64,000 nt of DNA. Source: an uncultured Poribacteria bacterium (GTDB lineage: Bacteria > Poribacteria > WGA-4E > WGA-3G). The stretch's first letter is position 1; each line of letters starts with the position of its first letter. Below, one piece after another: positions 58,739 through 64,000 of the stretch. The DNA is taken from contig OX639973.1 of assembly GCA_951828385.1 (NCBI GenBank), positions 2,407,200 through 2,471,199 on the forward strand. The letters run 5' to 3'. A model generated the notes under the pieces. That model did no database searches. It was not told the origin of the DNA and saw only the letters and a program-made list of their open reading frames with translations. A program made the translations under genes and the position numbers.

Positions 58739-61303
58739 ATGAAAATCAAGCCCTCTTTTTGCTACAGTTTCCACCTTCTTTTTATGTTTTTCTATCTCAG
58801 TCTTACGCCTGTGCACGCCCAAGACTGGCTCCCTGATCCAGTGTTACGGAAAACGATTCGGGAATCTCTGGGGCTACCGGCAAACACACCGCTGACAAAA
58901 GACCGTATGCAACAACTGATAAGTCTTGATGGAGTTAACAAAGGCATCACGGATCTCCGGGGTTTAGAGTTTGCGACGCACCTAAGAATCCTGCGCTTGG
59001 GAGGTAATGAGAATAACATCACAGATATCCGTCCGCTTGCCAACTTAACAAGTCTTGTAGGGCTTCATATCTGGCGTGTTCGGCGACACGACACGCATCG
59101 GGCACCCCTCGACATCCGTCCGCTTGCCAATCTCGTCAACTTAGAGGTGCTCTCTCTGGAACGACAGGGACTTTCGGATATAAGCGTGCTTGCGAACCTA
59201 ACAAAGCTTCATAAGTTAGCACTGACGCACAACAACATCGTCGACTTTAGCCCGTTAGCAGGATTGACACATCTGCGGACGTTGTGGATAAAAAACAACT
59301 GGGGGACGGATTTGAGTCCACTTGAAGGGTTGAATATTACAGATTTCCGCTATGACGAAGTGTGTGATTTCACACCGGAAGGGGAGTCCGTCACTGCGCG
59401 TGTTGAGAACAGAACATTTCCGTCGATAGTCGCGCTGTTTCCGAAAGGGTCAATAGAGGAGATGACCCGGTATGATTTCTATTATGGCACCCATTTCGGG
59501 TTGTGGTGGAAGCGAACGGAAACCGAGCCGACACACGGCTTAGCGATTCGATTTTCAGGGGATATTGTGCAAGCCAGAGAGCACCGCCAACAGATGCTCC
59601 AACAGAATCCAAATATGTTGTTTTTTCTCGGGGTAGCTTTGCATAACCACAACCCTCCCGTTGCGGCAACGGCTTTTCCAGCAGATTCCGATTTTTGGCT
59701 GCGAGATCGTCAAGGGAATATCATCCAGAATGCGAATGATGCGTGGATGTTCAATATTTTGAACCCAGCGTTACAGAATATGCTGATTGAACGAATTGTA
59801 GGCTTTGCAAAGTGCGGTATTTTTGATGGTGTCCTGTTAGATGAAATGGGAAACTATGGTATTGGCGGATCAGGTCACGCGTTTTACCCGGCAATAACAG
59901 ATGTGCCCTTAACGAAGGAAGCGATTATTGAGGCGCACATCCGAATTCTAAGCGAGGTCCGCGCCCGCGTTCCTGAGGACTTTTTGATCGTCGTCAATGC
60001 TACGAGACACAAAATTCCACTCGTTGCGGCATACATCAATGGTAATGTGATGGAACCGGGTTCGGATTATTCATACAGAGGACTTGCCGAGATTGAAAGC
60101 ACTTTACTTTGGTCTGAGGAACATTTCCGAGAACCGCAGCTGAATTGGGCACAAGGGTTTCTTATCACCTCGGAACCCCCGGAGAGTCCTGGGAACCGTC
60201 AACGAATGCGGCTCTTTACAACGATGGGACTCACACACTCCGATGGCTACATAAACGTCCACTATCATTCACAGAGTTGGCAGCGGTGGGGAGATGTCGC
60301 TGCAAATCACTGGTATGACTTCTATGATGCCGACCTCGGCACGCCGATCGGCGAAACAGCGCAACGCTGCGACGACTGCGAAGGTCTCTTCGTGCGTGAG
60401 TTCACCAACGGGTGGGCGGTCTACAACCGGAGCGGCAAAGCACAGACGATCCAATTGCCCGTCAAAGCCACGGGTGTCGCAAGTGGTATCACAAACACCC
60501 AACATATCGTCCCCGATTTAGATGGTGAGATATATCTGAAACAGGCACCCAGTGTGAATAGCGTTGGCATTGTCACCGTGCTTGCGGTTGCGACCGGGGC
60601 GCCGCAGGAACCCGAATCCGCATGGATGCCGGATGCCGCCTTGCGAGCGGTAGTTCGCGAAGAAATGGGGCTTCCAACACATATCGCTTTGGAAAAATCC
60701 CGTATGCCACAGTTAATCCATGTTGACGGAAACAACAAAGGCATCACAGACCTGACGGGTTTGGAGTTTGCGACGAACCTAAGAAACTTGCACGTGGGGG
60801 GTCATAAGAATCAGATAACCGACCTTCGCCCGCTTGCGAACTTGACGAGCCTCGCGCATCTCTATATCTGGCGGATACCGCCAAACACGCGTCTTGTCGC
60901 ACTTGACATCCGTCCGCTCGCCAATCTTATCAACTTAGAGGCACTCTCACTGGCGGGAAACGGGATTACCGATATAACCCTACTGGCGGGCATGAAGAAG
61001 CTCGGCAAACTCATCCTTACAGATAACCGGATTGAAGACTTTAGTCCGCTGGCTAAACTGATAAGTTTACGAACGTTGAGGATTCGGAACAACCCCGGCA
61101 CAGATTTCAGCCCACTTGCCGCTTTACCCCTTATCGATTTTCGCCTTGATGCCGATGTCAACGCCGATGGATTTGTGAATGTGCTCGACCTTGTTACCGT
61201 CGTCAACGCATTTGGCGAAACTGACCCCGATCTCAATGGCGATGGCGTTGTCAATATTCAGGATTTGGTCATTGTGGCGAACGCCTTCAGAGACCTCCAA
61301 TAA
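58739..61303 (+). CDS. Secreted LRR – glycosidase-like – second LRR module – dockerin protein (internal LRR duplication)
   Basis: Signal peptide. The LRR block near residues 30-200 is re-used at about 630-800 (WMPDAALRAVVREEMGLP...). Dockerin pair DVNADGFVNVLDLV / DLNGDGVVNIQDLV. Confidence 0.6.
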   Translation: MKIKPSFCYSFHLLFMFFYLSLTPVHAQDWLPDPVLRKTIRESLGLPANTPLTKDRMQQLISLDGVNKGITDLRGLEFATHLRILRLGGNENNITDIRPLANLTSLVGLHIWRVRRHDTHRAPLDIRPLANLVNLEVLSLERQGLSDISVLANLTKLHKLALTHNNIVDFSPLAGLTHLRTLWIKNNWGTDLSPLEGLNITDFRYDEVCDFTPEGESVTARVENRTFPSIVALFPKGSIEEMTRYDFYYGTHFGLWWKRTETEPTHGLAIRFSGDIVQAREHRQQMLQQNPNMLFFLGVALHNHNPPVAATAFPADSDFWLRDRQGNIIQNANDAWMFNILNPALQNMLIERIVGFAKCGIFDGVLLDEMGNYGIGGSGHAFYPAITDVPLTKEAIIEAHIRILSEVRARVPEDFLIVVNATRHKIPLVAAYINGNVMEPGSDYSYRGLAEIESTLLWSEEHFREPQLNWAQGFLITSEPPESPGNRQRMRLFTTMGLTHSDGYINVHYHSQSWQRWGDVAANHWYDFYDADLGTPIGETAQRCDDCEGLFVREFTNGWAVYNRSGKAQTIQLPVKATGVASGITNTQHIVPDLDGEIYLKQAPSVNSVGIVTVLAVATGAPQEPESAWMPDAALRAVVREEMGLPTHIALEKSRMPQLIHVDGNNKGITDLTGLEFATNLRNLHVGGHKNQITDLRPLANLTSLAHLYIWRIPPNTRLVALDIRPLANLINLEALSLAGNGITDITLLAGMKKLGKLILTDNRIEDFSPLAKLISLRTLRIRNNPGTDFSPLAALPLIDFRLDADVNADGFVNVLDLVTVVNAFGETDPDLNGDGVVNIQDLVIVANAFRDLQ

Positions 61304-61609
61304 TCTGAGACAGATAAGTAGATTGTTCAGGCGTTTCCGTACACCGTAGGGGTAATATTGCCTCACAGTAAGAATAGAAACAGCGTATTTAAGCAACTGC
61401 ACCCGGTATGAAGTTTAAGAAAATATTCGGGTAATTCTATAAAGAACAGTTCTCAATCAAGACGGTTCTATTATCCAGCAAATCCTTGAACCCTGTAAAT
61501 CCTGATTCAGACAATGGATACCTACATTACCCGATTAAATTCTTAATCTTCATTAGGGGTGCTATTGCTTCGCAGTGAGAATGCATAGGTAGCAACTTAT
61601 GTTACTTCT

Positions 61610-61733
61610 ATAGGACTTACGCAATTTTGACTGCAGCCCGTTCTGTTAGATGAGAATTTTCGGAAAACACAGCGTTCTGGTGGCACAAACTGGGAAGTTT
61701 GTGCTACAAAAGAGCAGCATGCGTAAGTCCTAT
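61610..61733. mobile_element. Second copy of the 124-bp MITE-like element (inverted relative to the 44404 copy)
   Basis: ataggacttacgca ... tgcgtaagtcctat. The internal tgctacaaaagagc matches the reverse complement of copy 1. Confidence 0.7.
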
Positions 61734-61767
61734 TCTAATCGAACTCACCTTAAAATTACATAAACAC

Positions 61768-62916
61768 TTACTGACTTGCTTTCACAACAGTGTGTTGCTG
61801 CGGTTGCCCCTCAACAATTTTCAACACGCGGATACCGGCAGCAGGTTTGACAGGATGACGGTTCCCATCAAAGCCGGAAATAGCTGTTGCCCCTTGGTAG
61901 TCAGTAATAGCAGCAATTGCATCCCGAATCATAACTGGGTCTGTTGATTCCGCCTTTTCAATCGCTATTGCCAACAACCTCATGGCATCGTAACCTAACG
62001 GCGCAATACCAATAGACTGATTTTTAAACATTGTTCCATAAGCATCAGTAAAATCCGCAGCAAGTTCATCCGAGATACTACAATAGTAGGAATTTTCGAG
62101 AGGGGTGTTATCCTCTAAAACGTCTAACATCAAGGAATCATCCCAACCATCGCTGCCGATAAAGGTGGACTGAATGCCCATCTCCCGTGCCTGCTTCACT
62201 ATGAGCGGGTTCTCTGGCGGAAAACTTGCGAGAAGCAGCACATCCGGGTTTGCATCTTTGATGATCCCAAGTTGCCCATGAAACATTGTATCGCCTTGTT
62301 CATAGATTTGATTGGCAACAATGCGACCGCCAAGTTCCTTGAAATTCGCATCAAACGCGTTAACGAAACCTTTAGAGTAGACATCCCCGTTCTGCCAAAT
62401 CATCGCTGCAGTTTTCTTTCCGAGGTCGTTCACCACAAAACCTGCCATCACTTTTGCTTGCAAGGCATTTGAATTCGCCACGAGAAAGAGAAAATCTCTC
62501 GGATCATTCCCCGTATTCGTCACGTCGGCACCTGTTGCCCCCACAATGACAGGGATATTGATGACGGGTCCAACTTTAACAGCACTACTTGAAAACATCG
62601 GCCCTAATATAGCGACAACATTTTCCTTTTGAACTAATTCTGTTGCAGAATCAGCAATGCTTCCTGTTTCTACTTTATAGATAAGCTCTACCTGCCTCCC
62701 AAGAACACCGCCTGCCTTGTTGATTTCGGCTAAGGCGAGTTTTGCACCGTCGCCAAAAGTAGCGTAATTTAGCAACGGATGCATCAAACCCACTTTAAGC
62801 ATAGGCATCGGTTCTTCAGCTATTCCGACATCTTCCGCTCTCTCCTGCGCAGAAAGGTAAGCAACTGAGAGGACGAGTAATATGCATAGTGTTAACCTAA
62901 AAATTTTCGGGTTCAT
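61768..62916 (-). CDS. ABC transporter substrate-binding protein, branched-chain amino acid (Liv) type
   Basis: Signal peptide plus periplasmic-binding-protein type I pattern (…LGPMFSS…, …ILLASFPPENPL…). Confidence 0.65.
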   Translation of the reverse strand: MNPKIFRLTLCILLVLSVAYLSAQERAEDVGIAEEPMPMLKVGLMHPLLNYATFGDGAKLALAEINKAGGVLGRQVELIYKVETGSIADSATELVQKENVVAILGPMFSSSAVKVGPVINIPVIVGATGADVTNTGNDPRDFLFLVANSNALQAKVMAGFVVNDLGKKTAAMIWQNGDVYSKGFVNAFDANFKELGGRIVANQIYEQGDTMFHGQLGIIKDANPDVLLLASFPPENPLIVKQAREMGIQSTFIGSDGWDDSLMLDVLEDNTPLENSYYCSISDELAADFTDAYGTMFKNQSIGIAPLGYDAMRLLAIAIEKAESTDPVMIRDAIAAITDYQGATAISGFDGNRHPVKPAAGIRVLKIVEGQPQQHTVVKASQ

Positions 62917-63277
62917 AAAATACTCCTATGTTTTTAGACCAACGCACCGAGGATGAATTGTCCAAAGTTTAATAATATGTGAAAATTATACTAAATTTTG
63001 TTATTTTAATCAATATTAAGAATTCGACCCTCACAGAAAAATGGCTAAAAAATTCAGATAATTTTCATTTTTTTTCAGATTATGCACGTTTTCAACACCC
63101 AAATTACGTCTTTAGAAATCAAGCGATAAAATAATCGTTTTGTTTAACGATTTCGTTCAAGGTTTTGAAGACTTAACATTTGGCGGTAATTAAAGAGGTC
63201 AACGGATTAATACACCACTTTGATACCATACTATGTGTTTTGTCTCAGTCGTATACATAACAAAGGTTATTGTAAAT

Positions 63278-63535
63278 ATGTCTATGAAAACAAACGCACT
63301 TACCACTAAGCTATTCAAACTCCTAATGGGGGTCGGGGTCCTTATATTTTTCGTTACGTGTGTGCTTAGATTTGCTTCCGGACCTGTCGAAGCTGTTAGT
63401 GCAGGTTTAGTTGTGGTCGGCATATTGGTCCTCATGATTATGGAGTCCAAGATCGGTATGATTGTCGTAGGATCGCTGACGGCAGGTAGCGCATCATTCC
63501 TGATCGGACACATGGTCGGAAGACTTTTAGGATGA
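63278..63535 (+). CDS. Small hydrophobic membrane protein
   Basis: Three predicted TM segments. Its stop overlaps the next start (ATGA). Confidence 0.3.
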   Translation: MSMKTNALTTKLFKLLMGVGVLIFFVTCVLRFASGPVEAVSAGLVVVGILVLMIMESKIGMIVVGSLTAGSASFLIGHMVGRLLG

Positions 63536-63702
63536 AGAAAACACTGATAAAAACCCTCATTATCGTCTCTATACTCGGATTTATTGCTGGATACCTCACA
63601 GCTGCCCTGCCCTGCAATCATTGTGAAATTGTGGTTTTGAAGGTAGGAACCCACAAAATATTGGGTGAACATTACTGGTATTGCCCAAAAAACGATCATT
63701 AG
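63532..63702 (+). CDS. Unlisted 56-aa small membrane protein with CxxC...C...H
   Basis: MKKTLIKTLIIVSILGFIAGYLTAALPCNHCEIVVLKVGTHKILGEHYWYCPKNDH. A 4-nt ATGA overlap with the upstream ORF suggests coupling. It is below the ORF-track length cutoff. Confidence 0.3.
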   Translation: MKKTLIKTLIIVSILGFIAGYLTAALPCNHCEIVVLKVGTHKILGEHYWYCPKNDH

Positions 63703-64000
63703 CGAATAGTATACTTATAGGGTGCTATGTCTGTGAAAACCATAGGTGTCAATTTAGGGATTTTGGACGGTGTTTTAGCATAGACGATATAAACATGCCA
63801 CCCTTACAGGGTTGAGTATTTCTTTGAAACGTTCTTCTATAAACATTGTGAAGAAATCCGCAGAAATCCGCAGAAACGCCCTATCAAATACCCCTATAAA
63901 AACCCCAAGCAAATAAACCTTACAGGACTGAAGAGGGGTTTGAAGGAAACCTCAAGGGTTCCGCGGCGTATCTGGTTCGGTTGGGAAACCGTGAAGAAAT

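Noticed and set aside
63199-63699. 166-aa minus-strand ORF
   Set aside because: Its composition is not protein-like. Coupled hydrophobic ORFs with an ATGA overlap are present on the plus strand.
1-64000. rRNA or tRNA genes
   Set aside because: No tRNA-like T-arm/acceptor patterns or rRNA-like stretches were seen in any intergenic region.

Overview
This ~64 kb window has about 50% GC, is gene-dense and is rich in accessory elements. It is probably from an uncultivated bacterium; the domain repertoire suggests a Poribacteria- or Planctomycetes-like lineage, but I cannot confirm that. The domain repertoire is: caspase–FGE-sulfatase fusions, dockerin repeats, LRR proteins, phytanoyl-CoA dioxygenase paralogs, a T9SS-type C-terminal tail and eukaryote-type glycogen enzymes.

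Contents from 5' to 3':
- A Lol/MacB-like ABC exporter operon with two FtsX permeases, an ATPase and a putative outer-membrane beta-barrel.
- A tandem array of three caspase (C14)–FGE-sulfatase paralogs. The first is split inside an NPCBM-like domain by a 3x127-bp tandem repeat full of nested palindromes. The third has an IS701/IS4-like insertion in its signal-peptide codons, with an ATG recreated at the junction.
- A secreted NPCBM–metzincin–dockerin protease with a T9SS-like tail.
- A glycogen gene set: GH13 branching enzyme, GT3-type glycogen synthase, GT35 phosphorylase and glgC. It is interrupted by hisB and by an ISKra4-like IS with a 9-bp target duplication.
- Three phytanoyl-CoA-dioxygenase-like genes and several sugar-phosphate isomerase/epimerase TIM-barrel genes, plus uxuA-like and dtd.
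- A composite insertion (DNA methyltransferase remnant plus Rpn-family PD-(D/E)XK nuclease) upstream of a ThDP-decarboxylase gene, with a duplicated 5' gene fragment.
- A vWA–TPR pair.
- Two copies of a 124-bp MITE-like element.
- An IS200/IS605 element carrying tnpA and tnpB.
- Three tandem paralogs of LRR plus glycosidase-like proteins. The first is fused to an ECF sigma factor through a transmembrane helix. The other two end in dockerin repeats.
- A Liv-type substrate-binding protein.

Recurrent non-coding signals are also present: heptameric GTTRTCA arrays at the 3' ends of genes, perfect TTGACA-17-TATAAT promoters, and a CTATGCTACAAAAG motif shared between the MITEs and direct repeats upstream of glgB. 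No rRNA, tRNA or CRISPR was seen.
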